Source: an uncultured Verrucomicrobiae bacterium
GTDB lineage: Bacteria; Verrucomicrobiota; Verrucomicrobiia; Chthoniobacterales; Chthoniobacteraceae
Assembly: GCA_963769025.1 (NCBI GenBank)
Contig: CAVYKI010000010.1
Span: 460,585-524,584 of the forward strand
Length of the DNA stretch: 64,000 nucleotides
Direction: 5' to 3'
Below, piece after piece: positions 1 through 10,738 of this stretch. The translations under genes were made by a program, and so were the position numbers. Below the pieces are notes generated by a model that saw only the letters and a list, made by a program, of their open reading frames with translations, had not been told where the DNA came from and made no database searches. How positions within the stretch are numbered: the first letter of the stretch is position 1; the number at the start of each line of letters is the position of its first letter.

Positions 1-834
1 GCTGCTCATCGTCGCCGGATCGTCCGCGCTCTACGGCATCAGCGCGGAGGAAATCGAGCGCCAGACCGGATTCCCGCGGTCAACTTCGGCACGAACGCCG
101 CGCTCGGCCCGGACTACATCCTGCACATGACGCGCAAGGTCGTCCGCCCCGGCGACACCGTGCTGCTCGCGTTCGAGTACGAGCAGTATCTCTTCGGCAA
201 TCTCACCGGCGAGACCACGGACGAGCTGTTCATCGACTACATCCTCGGCCACGACCGCGAATACGTCCGCAGCCTCAGCTTCCACACGCAGTTCAAGCTC
301 GCCCTGCTCACCTCCACCGACCGCCTCTGGATGGGTGCCCGCGCCGTTTTCCAGAAGCCGGTGCAGAGCGAGGCCACCGCGGCCTTCATCCACGGGATGC
401 TCGAAGCCATCAACAGCCACGGCGACCAGACCAACGCCGTGCCGGAACGGCGCCCTGCGGAGGCCGCGATGCGCTCGATGGCCACCTTCATCCCCCGGTA
501 CGGCTTTCCGCCATCGGTGCCGGGCTTCCCGCCGATCCGGGAATTCGCCGCGTGGGCAAAGGCCAACAACATCCGCGTCCTAGCCACCTTTCCCAACACC
601 ACGCATCGCCCCGAGTACGACCTGCCCGAAGGCACGCGGATGCCCGGGCAGTTCCGCGCCTACTACGAAGCCATGGGCGTCCCCGTCATCGGCGAACTCT
701 CCGAGGCCATGCTCCCCGAGGATCAGATGTTCGACTCCTTCTACCACCCGATGCGTTCCGCCGCCCTCGAACGCACCCGCCGCCTGCTCCCCCACCTTGC
801 CCCGTATCTCAAGTCCCAGCCGGGCGCGCGTTGA
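1..834 (+). CDS. Partial SGNH-like/DltD-like protein (type often beside MBOAT O-acyltransferases); 5'-truncated, frameshift near 76
   Basis: Frame from base 2 reads LLIVAGSSALYGISAEEIERQTG, then shifts into VNFGTNAALGPDYILHMTRKVVRPGDTVLLAFEYEQY; C-terminal FDSFYH resembles the SGNH DxxH motif. Confidence 0.55.
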   Translation, partial: AAHRRRIVRALRHQRGGNRAPDRIPAVNFGTNAALGPDYILHMTRKVVRPGDTVLLAFEYEQYLFGNLTGETTDELFIDYILGHDREYVRSLSFHTQFKLALLTSTDRLWMGARAVFQKPVQSEATAAFIHGMLEAINSHGDQTNAVPERRPAEAAMRSMATFIPRYGFPPSVPGFPPIREFAAWAKANNIRVLATFPNTTHRPEYDLPEGTRMPGQFRAYYEAMGVPVIGELSEAMLPEDQMFDSFYHPMRSAALERTRRLLPHLAPYLKSQPGAR

Positions 835-849
835 AGGCCGCGGCCAGTT

Positions 850-2235
850 TTACTCCGGCAGGAAGCGGATGCGCTTGTTGATGTCGGTGTTGATCGAGTG
901 GTACGGCTGCGTGAGGTTCCCGGCGGCGAAGAGCGTCTGGCGGGTGTGCTCCATGTCGTCGTTGCCGATGGCGCTGGTGAAAATCGGCAGCAGGTATTCG
1001 ATGCCGAGGCGCGAGGGTTTCAGCAGCTTCGTGTCGTAGAGCGCGGGGTGCATCTGCCGCGCGTGGATGAGGCCCCAGCGGTCGCGGAAGCGGTTGGCGT
1101 CGTAGCCCTCGACGTGGAAGCCGGTGGACTTGCTGTATTGCAGGACGGAGACGGCGTTGTTGCGCCCGTCGTTGAGCAGTTCGACGGCCTTTGCGCCGAG
1201 CTGCGCGGCGTAGAAGCGGTCGAACGCAATCGGCCTGCCGCCGCGCTGCGTGTGGCCGACCTTTCTGGTGAAGATGGCCTCGCGCGCGGACTCGCTGCGG
1301 CGGTAGCTCTGGAAATATTTGTCGCCGAGCATCTGGATGAGCTTCGCGCGCAGGGCCTCCGCGGCACCGCTCAGCGCGACGTTGCCGGCCGGGTCGAAGG
1401 TTCTCGATTCCGCGCCGAGTTCGTTGCCCTGCGCGTCCACGATGCCTTCGCCGCACACGATGACGACGTTCTTTTGCAGGTCGTAGATGCTCTTCACCCG
1501 GTCGGCGAGGTGATCGACGTCCAGCGGCACCTCCGGCACGAGCACGATGTCGGGCCGGCCGTAGGTGGAGCCGAGGGCGATGTAGCCGGAGTGCCGGCCC
1601 ATGACTTCGACGATGGCGATGCGGCGGTGGCTCTCGGCGGTCGTGCGGAGGCGCTCGACGCCGCTCGCGGAGACGAAGACGGCGGTGGCGTAGCCGGGCG
1701 TCACGTAGTTGACCATCTGCTCGAGGTCGAAGACGGACTGCGATTCGCTGCGGCGGTAGCGCATTCCGCTTTTCGCCGCGGGGTCGTGCGAACGGACCCA
1801 TTCGTCGGGCTCGCTCGCGTAGTTGAGGCCGAGGTCGTTGTCGATGGTCTTGGGGGCGAGCACGGTGGGCAGGCGCTCGGCGAGCGGCTGCAGGCCGTTG
1901 AGCGTGCCGTCGCCGCCGACGCAGACGAGGCCCTCGATGCCGAGGCGCTGGAGGCGCTCGACGATGAGCTCGAGCTCTTCCTTTTTGTCCGGATCCACGT
2001 AGTCGCGGGACGAGCCGATGAGCGTGCCGCCGATGGTCGGGTCGAGCTCGGGGATGGTCTGGTAAAGCGGGTTGAGGTGCACGTGCGGCACCTTGGGATT
2101 GAAGAGGCTGTTGAAGCCCTTCATGAGGCCGAAGACCTCGATGCGGAGCTGATTCGCACGGACGACCGCGCCGTGGATGGTTGCGTTGAGTGCGGGCGTG
2201 TCCCCGCCCGCCGTGAGAATGCCGATTCGCTTCAT
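850..2235 (-). CDS. pfkA: 6-phosphofructokinase, PfkA family
   Basis: MKRIGILTAGGDTPALN, GGTLIGSSR, VGGDGT, PKTIDND, EVMGRHSG, GHTQRGG motifs. Confidence 0.9.
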   Translation of the reverse strand: MKRIGILTAGGDTPALNATIHGAVVRANQLRIEVFGLMKGFNSLFNPKVPHVHLNPLYQTIPELDPTIGGTLIGSSRDYVDPDKKEELELIVERLQRLGIEGLVCVGGDGTLNGLQPLAERLPTVLAPKTIDNDLGLNYASEPDEWVRSHDPAAKSGMRYRRSESQSVFDLEQMVNYVTPGYATAVFVSASGVERLRTTAESHRRIAIVEVMGRHSGYIALGSTYGRPDIVLVPEVPLDVDHLADRVKSIYDLQKNVVIVCGEGIVDAQGNELGAESRTFDPAGNVALSGAAEALRAKLIQMLGDKYFQSYRRSESAREAIFTRKVGHTQRGGRPIAFDRFYAAQLGAKAVELLNDGRNNAVSVLQYSKSTGFHVEGYDANRFRDRWGLIHARQMHPALYDTKLLKPSRLGIEYLLPIFTSAIGNDDMEHTRQTLFAAGNLTQPYHSINTDINKRIRFLPE

Positions 2236-2419
2236 GTTTGAAAAAACGTTTGCCGTTGAACCGGCGAACAGCAACGGCACGCGCACCGAAGAGTCAAGCC
2301 TTCGCACGGTGCCAGCCCGGCAGCGGACCGATGCCGCGCCCTTCCGGAGGGACCCGCTGAGCGAGGTGACGTGCGGGATTTTCGTTTACATGCATTTTCG
2401 AGGAGATGAGCTTCTTCAA

Positions 2420-3520
2420 ATGTCCGAAGCGCTCCCACAAAAGTCATTTGCCGAATTGCTCGGGGAAGAAGCGCGGAAATCGAACCTCGCGGCCCGGGAA
2501 GTCAGCTTTCCCGCAGGGCAGATGATTTTTGGAGCGGGCGAATTGGGCGACGGCCTGTACGTGATCGACGAAGGCATCGTCGAGATTGCCACCGCGATGC
2601 CGGACCGGCAGTCGCGGGTTCTTTCCACGCTGGGGACCGGGGCGTTCTTCGGCGAGATGTCTGTGATCGACGACCTGCCGCGCTCGGCCAACGCGAAGGC
2701 GCTGACGGCCACCCGCGCACGATTCTTTCCACGCGAAGAAGTCTGGCGCCTGGTCGCCCAATCACCGCCGCTCCTGATCGCGCTGATGCGGGAAGTGATC
2801 GGTCGGATGAGGCGCGCGGAGCAGCGCGCCATGCAGGAGGCGTTGGAGGCCGCGCGGCTTTCGGTCGTGGGCCGCTTTGCGCAGTCCATCGTGCATGATT
2901 TGAAGAATCCGCTGAACACGATCGGGCTCGGCACGGAGCTCGCATTCTCGGATCATTCGACCCCCGAGATACGCAAGGAAGCGGGGCTCCTCGTGCGAAA
3001 GCAGGTGGACCGGCTGGCGGGGATGATTCACGAAGTGCTCGAGTTCACGCGTGGGACGACACGGTCGCTGGATCTGGTCCCGGTGGATTTCCGGGAGTTC
3101 ATCGCGAGCGCCGTCGAGGAACTCCGCCCGGAGGCGGAGGCGCGGGCCGTGAAGCTGGAGCTTGCGAACGAACCGCCCGAAGTGCCCGCGCTGATCGATC
3201 GTGTGCGGCTCATGCACGTCATCCACAATCTGGCGAACAACGCGATGGATGTGATGCCTTCGGGCGGGAAAATCCTGTTTCAGTTCCGGCTGGAGGACGG
3301 GGGCGTCGTCACGGAAATGGAAGACACAGGGCCCGGCATCGCGCCGGAGGTTGCGAACCACCTCTTCGAGCCGTTTGTCACGCACGGGAAGTCCCACGGG
3401 ACCGGGCTCGGCCTTTCCATCTGCAAGCGCATCGTCGAGGACCACGGCGGCAAGATCGCGGCGATCAGCCAGCCAGGGCGCGGCGCGAAATTTTCATTCT
3501 CGCTGCGGCGGCAGTGCTGA
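2420..3520 (+). CDS. Cytoplasmic histidine kinase with N-terminal cyclic-nucleotide-binding domain
   Basis: cNMP domain FFGEMSVIDDLPRSANAKA; H-box IVHDLKNPL; N-box NLANNA; DTGPGI; GTGLGLSI; no TM segment. Confidence 0.9.
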   Translation: MSEALPQKSFAELLGEEARKSNLAAREVSFPAGQMIFGAGELGDGLYVIDEGIVEIATAMPDRQSRVLSTLGTGAFFGEMSVIDDLPRSANAKALTATRARFFPREEVWRLVAQSPPLLIALMREVIGRMRRAEQRAMQEALEAARLSVVGRFAQSIVHDLKNPLNTIGLGTELAFSDHSTPEIRKEAGLLVRKQVDRLAGMIHEVLEFTRGTTRSLDLVPVDFREFIASAVEELRPEAEARAVKLELANEPPEVPALIDRVRLMHVIHNLANNAMDVMPSGGKILFQFRLEDGGVVTEMEDTGPGIAPEVANHLFEPFVTHGKSHGTGLGLSICKRIVEDHGGKIAAISQPGRGAKFSFSLRRQC

Positions 3521-3582
3521 GGCTTCAAGCCGCCGGCCGATCCTGCGCCTTTCGCCAGCACATCCGAGCCGCGGTGTTTCCG

Positions 3583-4473
3583 CTAGAAGCGGTAGCTCGT
3601 GCCGATTCCGATTCCGAAAGTCTGATAGGACGCGCGCGAGACGTTCGAGTCGTTATCGACCAAGTAGGTCGTCAAATTGGCCGTCCAGCGATCGCTGATC
3701 TGATACACGAAATTCAAGCCTGCCAGGTTGCGCGAATCGTGCCGGGCCACACTGGTGTAGTTGCTGTACTGAAAGGCATAGAAGAGCTGGCAGTAGAGGG
3801 CGAATCCGAGCCGCTGCGTCACACCCACCGTGACCCGGTGCGCGTTGCGATCATCCGCGACGGGAAAGCTGAAGTAGTTCGAGAAATTGTAGCCGATGGA
3901 GAAAACGGTCTGGTCCCGGTTGAAAGTCCACTCCTTCTGGATGCCTGCCGAAATTGGCAGGGCTTCGGTGAGCTGATCGCCGGTGCGGGCGCTGGCGTAC
4001 CAATACGGCTCGATGCCGGCGTAAAAACGCACCGCGTCCTTTGACGGCTGATAATTCAGAAGCGCCGACCCGCTGAAGCCCCAGAAGCTGGACTCATCGA
4101 ACTTGGTATAGACGAAGGCGTCGGATCGCGCACCGAACGAGAGCGAGAAGCCATGGTCGAGCGGCTCGTCAAACGACACCCCAATGCTCGGACGAAGCAG
4201 GAAATCGCCGCTCCCGTGATTGCCTGAATACAGCGCGTTGGAGACATACTCCGTGCTGACCGACGCGGTCAGGCGTAACCGCTCGAGGAGCGGTTTGTCC
4301 GCGAGCGGACGGATGTCCCCCAAATCGTCGATGACGGCCGGCGGCTGTTGCGGCACGCCTCTCGCCGCTTCCACGATCTGCGTGACCTGAACCACGCGGT
4401 CCGACTGCGAAAAGGCGTTTTGAACGAAGCCAGTCGCTACGAGTAGCGCGAAGAGAACTCGATGGAGTTTCAA
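3583..4473 (-). CDS. Outer-membrane beta-barrel protein
   Basis: Signal peptide, alternating amphipathic strands rich in Y/F/S, C-terminal ...GIGTSYRF barrel signature. Confidence 0.75.
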   Translation of the reverse strand: MKLHRVLFALLVATGFVQNAFSQSDRVVQVTQIVEAARGVPQQPPAVIDDLGDIRPLADKPLLERLRLTASVSTEYVSNALYSGNHGSGDFLLRPSIGVSFDEPLDHGFSLSFGARSDAFVYTKFDESSFWGFSGSALLNYQPSKDAVRFYAGIEPYWYASARTGDQLTEALPISAGIQKEWTFNRDQTVFSIGYNFSNYFSFPVADDRNAHRVTVGVTQRLGFALYCQLFYAFQYSNYTSVARHDSRNLAGLNFVYQISDRWTANLTTYLVDNDSNVSRASYQTFGIGIGTSYRF

Positions 4474-4503
4474 GGGATGATGGGTGGGTGGGTTGATCGG
4501 CCG

Positions 4504-5350
4504 TTACGGATTGCCGCCGGGACGCCGGGATCCGGGATTGCCGCCGGGATTCACGGGATTGCCGTTCATGGTCGTTGGTTGCACCGTCGTTCGTCGACGC
4601 GGTCGGCGTGACCGGCTCCGTGCTGACCGGTTGCGGAATCGCCGTTGGCTGGCGCGACGAATTCACCAGGGCGGAATCGACTGCGTTGGCATCATGCAAA
4701 CCCGGAAAAAGGGATGCGAGCCAGGTCCGTTTGATCTGGATTCCCGTATCTTCGGGAAGCGGTCCCATGGCGTACAGCTTTCCCCGCGTTGCCTCCTTCG
4801 GGTCGAACTTGAAGAGCGTTGCCTTGCCGTTGGCGACCCTGATCGCCCATCCGGCGGGAATCTTGTACTTCTTTCCGGCGACCGTGACCGTGGTCGAACC
4901 TCGCAGTATGGCCAGCATGTCGGGCGTGAGCTTGCCGACCGTACCGGTGATTGCTGCGGTGAGCGCCGGTGTCTTGATGGTCCGGACTCCCTGGTTTGGC
5001 GCGGCGTAGAAAAGCATGTCGCCCTTGTCCAGCGAGAGCGCGCGGGTTCTTCCCTCGAAGGAAAAGACCGAGTTCTGCCCGACGCGGACGAGGCTGCTGT
5101 CCTTGAATTGCAGTTCCGCACGCGAGTCGCTGCCGGTCTGGACAATCTGCGTCGCCTTCACCGAATCCGAAACGACCGCGGCACGCCGTGCCGACACCTG
5201 CCCTGCCTTGATTTCCGCCACGGCCACCTTGTTCTGGACCCGGGTGATCGTTGCGGAATCCAACGGGGGCTGTGCCATGGCCACGCTCAAGCTCGCGAGG
5301 ATGAACACAGCGCCCCAGGGAAGTCCGGCGGAGAAGGTGTGCCGTTTCAT
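4504..5350 (-). CDS. Exported FecR-domain protein (paralog 1); probable frameshift near 4590
   Basis: Signal-like N-terminus; TGSDSRAELQFKDSSLVRVGQNS...IKTPALTAAITGT; alternative frame gives tail NGNPVNPGGNPGSRRPGGNP* ending 4504, avoiding overlap with the barrel gene. Confidence 0.75.
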
Positions 5351-5490
5351 GCCGTTTCCTTGCCCGGCGCGGCGGTGCCAGTCAAGCCCTGCGCACTGGC
5401 TGGCAGTCCCCGCAATTGAACGCGGAATGCCTCGCAAGCCGCCCCCCGCCATCGCCACAGGCTCTCGATTCCGGATGGCTCCGCCCGCCG

Positions 5491-6349
5491 CTATCGCAAC
5501 CCCAAGAATATCCCGATCGAATCGAAGATTCCGACCCGTCCGTCAGGAAGGACTCCGGTGATTGGCCTGTTTGTCCCGACGAGGGATCGGTTGATAAGAC
5601 GGCTGCTCTCAGAATCAAATCCGACACCGGCGGCGTCATACAGACGAATGACGGCGTAGTCCGCGTCCGCCTCCTTGAGCCATGGGCTGAATTTCGCCAT
5701 CTTGGCCTCGGCCTCGTCCGGGAGCGCCGCCCACTCCAGGAGCTTTCTCCGCGCCCGGGACCACAGTTCATCTTCGCCATCGGATTGATAAATGACCAGC
5801 GTGCCAAACACCCACTTCGCGGCGTTGTGATCGGTGCCGGCCTCGATCACCGCCTTCTTGTCCACCCCATCCTGCCTATAGAAGAGCGGGATTTTCCCGT
5901 CGAGGGCGAGGACACCATCGAGCGAAAAGAGCACCACAGTGCCCGTGATCGCCGCGGTCAGGGCCGCGGTCTTGAGTTTTACCCCGGACTTGCCCGGCGG
6001 CAGATAAAAGAGCATGTCGCCCTTTTCGAGGGAGAGCGTGCGCGAGTGGGCTTCGAAGGAAAAAATGGAGTTTGGCCCGACACGGATGAGGCTCCCGTCG
6101 TTGAACTCCAGTTCCGCCCGCGCAGCGCTCGCGGTCTGGAGGAAGTGGTTTGCCCGGATCACCTCGGAGACGGTGGCCGGATGCGCACCCGTGGCCTGGC
6201 CCGCCTTGATCTCCGCCACGATGGCTTTGTTTTCCACCCGCTTCACCGTCGCGGTGTCGAATGGCGGCGCGCGCGTGAGCGGGGATGAGACCCGCGACAA
6301 GAAACGCTACGATCCGCCAAGGCACACCGGGAACTCTGCGGGGGTTCAT
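5491..6349 (-). CDS. Exported FecR-domain protein (paralog 2); frameshift near 6280
   Basis: MNPRRVPGVPWRIVAFLVAGL signal in one frame joined to TASAARAELEFNDGSLIRVGPNS...LKTAALTAAITGT. Confidence 0.75.
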
Positions 6350-6453
6350 GGCGTCGTAGGTCTGCCCCCGCGCGTGCCGAGTCAAGCCGGAAAAGGGTCG
6401 CCAAATCCGAGGTGTTCGCCCGATACTCCCGCGGTGCGAGGTCCTGCCACCCC

Positions 6454-8572
6454 ATGAATTTCCTGAGCCGCCATCGACGCGCCTTTCTGGTCGTGGTTTG
6501 CGTCGTGTGCACAGGCATCATCGCGGCGGCGCACTGGACGAATTTCGAACCGCTCGTGCGCATGGAATCGAGCGCCCGTGATTTTCTGACGCGGCACGGC
6601 GACCGCTCACCCACTCGGCCGGAGCTCGTCTATCTTGCGATCGATGCGGCGACCATCTCCCTCGACAATGCGTTCGACGACGAGATCAACGCGTCCCCTG
6701 CCCTGCGGTCGATGAAGGCCTCGGGCTGGCCGTGGTCCGCGCGACGTCTATCCGATGATCATCGAACGGCTGCTGAATGCCGGCGCGCGAGTCATCATAT
6801 TCGACATGCTGTTCCCGACCGAGCGGGAGGGCGACGCGGCGTTCCGCGCGGCGCTGGATCGCTACGGCGACAAGGTCGTGATCGGCGCGAACTTCGTCGA
6901 GACCCCGCTCACGAAGACGCTCACCGTCCCGGCTCCGTCGCTGATCCCGTCGGAGGATCCGCTCGATCCGCGGGTGGGCTACGTGAATTTCTGGGCGGAA
7001 ATCGACGGCACCGTGCGCACCGCCAACTACCGGATCACGGAAGACGAGGTGAATGGCTGGCGGCCGAGGCCCGATTCCAGGGTGCTCTATTCGCTCGGCG
7101 GCCGCGCGCTGTCCAAGCTCGGGCACGAGGATCTGATCCCCCGCGAGGGCCGCTGCATCCGCTTTGCGATGGACGATCCGAATTCGCTGACCGCATTTCC
7201 GCCTCGTTCGTTGTGGCAAATTTTTGCCGCCCCGACATGGGAGGCTCATCCGTACAACAGCGGCGAGTTTTTCCGGGACAAGATCGTGCTCATCGGCCCC
7301 GAGGGCGACTGGGCCCACGATGTCCTGCGCACCCCGCTGGGCCTGATCCCCGGCCCGGCCCTGCACCTGCACGCGATCAATGCGGCGCTCAACCGGGACT
7401 TTGTGCGCGAGCCCTCGCGGACGGGAGATCTTGCCGGCATCCTCATCGCGGGGCTCGTCGCTTGGGGGCTGAGCATGCTGATCCGGCAGCCGTTTTTCCG
7501 CTTCCTCGCCTTCATCGGCGGAAGCGTCGCCTATTACTTCGTGGCGCAGGGCGTCTTCGACTTGAAATCCGGCGCGGTCATCCTCGGCCTCATGCCGCCG
7601 CTGCTGGCCGCGAACGGCTCGGGACTCGTGTGGCTCGTCTGCGAACAGGTGATCGACCGCCTCGAAAAGGCGCGCACGCGCCGGACGCTCGAACGCTACG
7701 TGTCCAAGGATCTCGTGAAGGAGATCCTCGACAACCCCGCGAGCATCCTGAACGCGCTCGGCGGCACGCGCCGGTCCGTGGCGATCCTCTTCAGCGACCT
7801 GCGCAATTTTACGACGATGACCGAGGAGGCCGACTCACGGCAGCTCGTCGCGCAGCTCAACGAATACTTCACCGCGATGGTGGAGCGCATCTTCCACAGC
7901 AAGGGCACGCTCGATAAGTTCATCGGCGACGCGATCATGGCCGTCTGGGGCGAGGTGCAGAGCGAGGGACCCGTGCGGGACGTCGAGCGCGCGGTCACCG
8001 CCGCGCTGGAGATGCAGGTGGCGCTCACGGCCTTGAACCGCAGTTGGGAGCAGCGCGGCATCCGGACATTCAAGATGGGAATCGGCATCAACTACGGCCC
8101 GGTCATCGTCGGCAATATCGGCGCGACCGGCGCGACGGAGAAAATGGAGCTGACCGTGATCGGCGATCCGGTGAACCTCGCCTCGCGCCTCGAAGGGCTC
8201 ACCAAGCAGTTTGGCGTCGAGCTGCTGCTCGGCGAAGGCGCGGCCGATCTGGTGACGGACCTTTTTCACCTCCAGTTTGTGGATCAGGTCAGGGTGAAGG
8301 GAAAAACCCAGCCCATCCGCATGTACACCGTCCTCGGTCCGCAACGCACGCCGCTCCCGGAAAACACGCTCAGCTACGCCGCCTACTACGCGGAGGGCGT
8401 GAGCCGTTACCAGATGGCGCACTTCGCGCCCGCCATCGAGTCGTTCAGCCGCTGTCTCAAGTGCATCCCCGACGATCCGCTCGCGTCGATGTACCTGAGC
8501 CGTTGCAGCGACCTCCGGGATCACCCGCCCGGGCCGGAGTGGGATGGCGTTTTTGTGGCGACCAAAAAATGA
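6454..8572 (+). CDS. CHASE2-domain class III adenylate cyclase with C-terminal TPR-like tail; frameshift near 6740
   Basis: N-terminal TM; CHASE2 motifs (LVYLAID, WPW, GARVIIFD, FRDKIVLIG); 3 TMs; cyclase motifs ILFSDLRNFT, DKFIGDAIMA, TVIGDPVNLASRLE. Confidence 0.92.
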
Positions 8573-8629
8573 ACCTGCGCCCCAAAGGCCCGGGCCGCGT
8601 TCGCGTCCGTCCCGCCTGAAAGCGGAGCG

Positions 8630-9497
8630 CTACGCCGCGCCGCCCGCCTTGCTTTCCACCATTCGCCGCAGCCGTGCGATGTTGCGCTCGACCCGCTGCA
8701 CGTACTCGTTCGGCCCATCCGGGTAGGGCCGGTTCAGAAAAGTGTACAGCCGTTCAAAATCGCTCTCGATTTTCGTCCGGACGTATCCGTCCCAAAATGC
8801 CGGCGTCTTCCGCAGCAGATCGTCCAGGCTCGTGAAGGGAGATTTTCTTCGCCGCCGCCGGCCCGTCGAACCGCGCGGCTTCCGCGAATTCCTCGTAAAG
8901 CACCGGCAGCTTGTCCACGTAATCGGGGGCGGCCATCTGCCCGAGCAGATCCGCGGTGCCGAGCACATAGCCCATCATCCGCTCCTCGGCGTTTTGGAAA
9001 GGAATCGCCTGGAGATCCACATTCACGCCGGTGCACCGGATCATGTGCTGGATGGCCGTCGTGTCCGCCTCCGTCCAGCCCTTGCGGGAAAGAAACTCCG
9101 TCGCAAACACCGCGCTCCGGGAGACGTGCGTCAGCGTGTATTTTGCCCCGGTCCCTTCCGTGTCATCCTTCTTTTTAAGATAGCCCGTGTCGTGGAAAAG
9201 GATCGCCAGAAGTCCCAGCTGAAATCCTTTTTCCGAGAGCGCCGGGCGCGCCTTCGCCTCGTGGCGCCCGTGCAGCAGACGCGCGAGGCAAAGCGTGCCC
9301 TGCAGCGTGTGCTCGAAATCGTGGTAGAGCGCATCGATGGCATGGTAGCCGTCGTATTCGCCGGAAAAAAACTGCCCCGCCCACTCGAACGCCTGCCGGA
9401 CGAAACCCCGATCGCCCTCCGGGAACATGCTCCGGTAAATCGACGCGACACACTCCTCCGCTGCGCGGGGCACTTTGGTGTCCACCTCGTCAAACAT
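8630..9497 (-). CDS. HD-domain metal-dependent phosphohydrolase; frameshift near 8840
   Basis: YHDFEHT, LFHDTGYLK, THVSRS, GTADLLGQMA. Confidence 0.8.
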
Positions 9498-9561
9498 GCG
9501 CGGAGCGTGGGCTTTTTCCCGCCTTTTGCAATCATTCTCCCGTGCCCGCGGACGCTCGCTC

Positions 9562-10510
9562 CTACGACGCGAGAACGGCTTCCGGCGCGACCGAAGTGAG
9601 ATCGCCTGAAGGCGCGCGGATGATGCGCACGTGTTCCCCGACCGGCGCCCAGACGGACGGATCGGTCGGGCCGAAAAGCAACGTGGACGGGATGCCGGTG
9701 GCGGCGGCGATGTGCGAGATGCCGGTGTCGTGCCCGAAGTAGGCGCTGCACCCCGCGAGCAGCGCCGAGAGCGTGGGAAGCGGGAGATTCCGCGCGACGA
9801 GCGGCGCGTGCACGGAAAGCGAGCGGGCGAGCGTGTCGAGTGCGCTGTCGTCGGCCTCGCCGCCGATGAGGAGGAGCCGCGCGCCGCCCGATGCGATGCG
9901 GTCGCCGAGGCGCTGCCAGTTTCCCGCGGGCCAGTTTTTCCTCGGGCTGCCGGAGCCGGGGTGGAGCGCGACGAGCGGGCGCGCATCCTTTTCCGCGGCC
10001 TGCTCGGCGAGCCACGCAGCGGCGGCAGTTTTTCGTCGGTTCGTTCGGGAAAAGTCGCGTGGCATTTTCGTCGAGAAAGACGGCCATCCGTTCGAGGCCG
10101 CGCGCGAGCTGGACGCTGGCGTGCTGCTGGTCGGTGATCTTTTCGTGGACGCCGAGAAAGTTGCGCACGCCCGCGCGTTCGAGGTTCGCGGCGAAGATGC
10201 CGTCGGGATCGAAGAGCCAGCTCACGACCTGCTGGAAGCCGGCAAAGTACGCGCAGAGGTCGGGCGCGAGCTGCCCGGCGCGCGCGAAGAACGCGGCCAT
10301 CGGGCCGTATTCGATATTCCGCACGGCGTCGGCGTAAGTCTTCCCGGGCTCGGGGCCGCCATGCAGCGCGAGTTCGGCGATGTGGCGGTAGCCGAGGATC
10401 TCGAGGTGGCAGTGCGGCAGCGTCTGCCGGAGCATCCGGATCGCGGGAAGCGTAAGGACGAAGTCGCCAATCGCTCCGCCGCGGATGACGAGGATGCGCG
10501 GCTTGCTCAC
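9562..10510 (-). CDS. GT9 (heptosyltransferase-like) glycosyltransferase; frameshift near 10030
   Basis: ILVIRGGAIGDFVLTLP; ALHPGSGSPRKNWP; FGHDTGISHIAAA; LFGPTDP. Confidence 0.88.
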
Positions 10511-10731
10511 CGGTTACTTCCGCTCTGGATCTCTTCCACCTCGCGCTGGATCGCCTCGATCTACCGCTTGGATTCTTCGAGCGTCCTCATCGCCTGGCGG
10601 TGCCTTGCGTCTTCCCTTTCCATATTCTGCCTAAACAGGAAGACGCCGACACCCACGAGGATTGTAACGAGGAGTTTGGTGATGCTGGCAAGCTTGCCGG
10701 GCGATGGGCGGGGCGTTGCGGCGGGCTGCAT
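10507..10731 (-). CDS. Small single-TM coiled-coil protein (74 codons) with in-frame TAG at 10561-10563
   Basis: MQPAATPRPSPGKLASITKLLVTILVGVGVFLFRQNMEREDARHRQAMRTLEESKR*IEAIQREVEEIQSGSNR*; final TGA overlaps GTG of the GT9 gene; absent from ORF track. Confidence 0.55.
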
Positions 10732-10738
10732 GGCAGGG

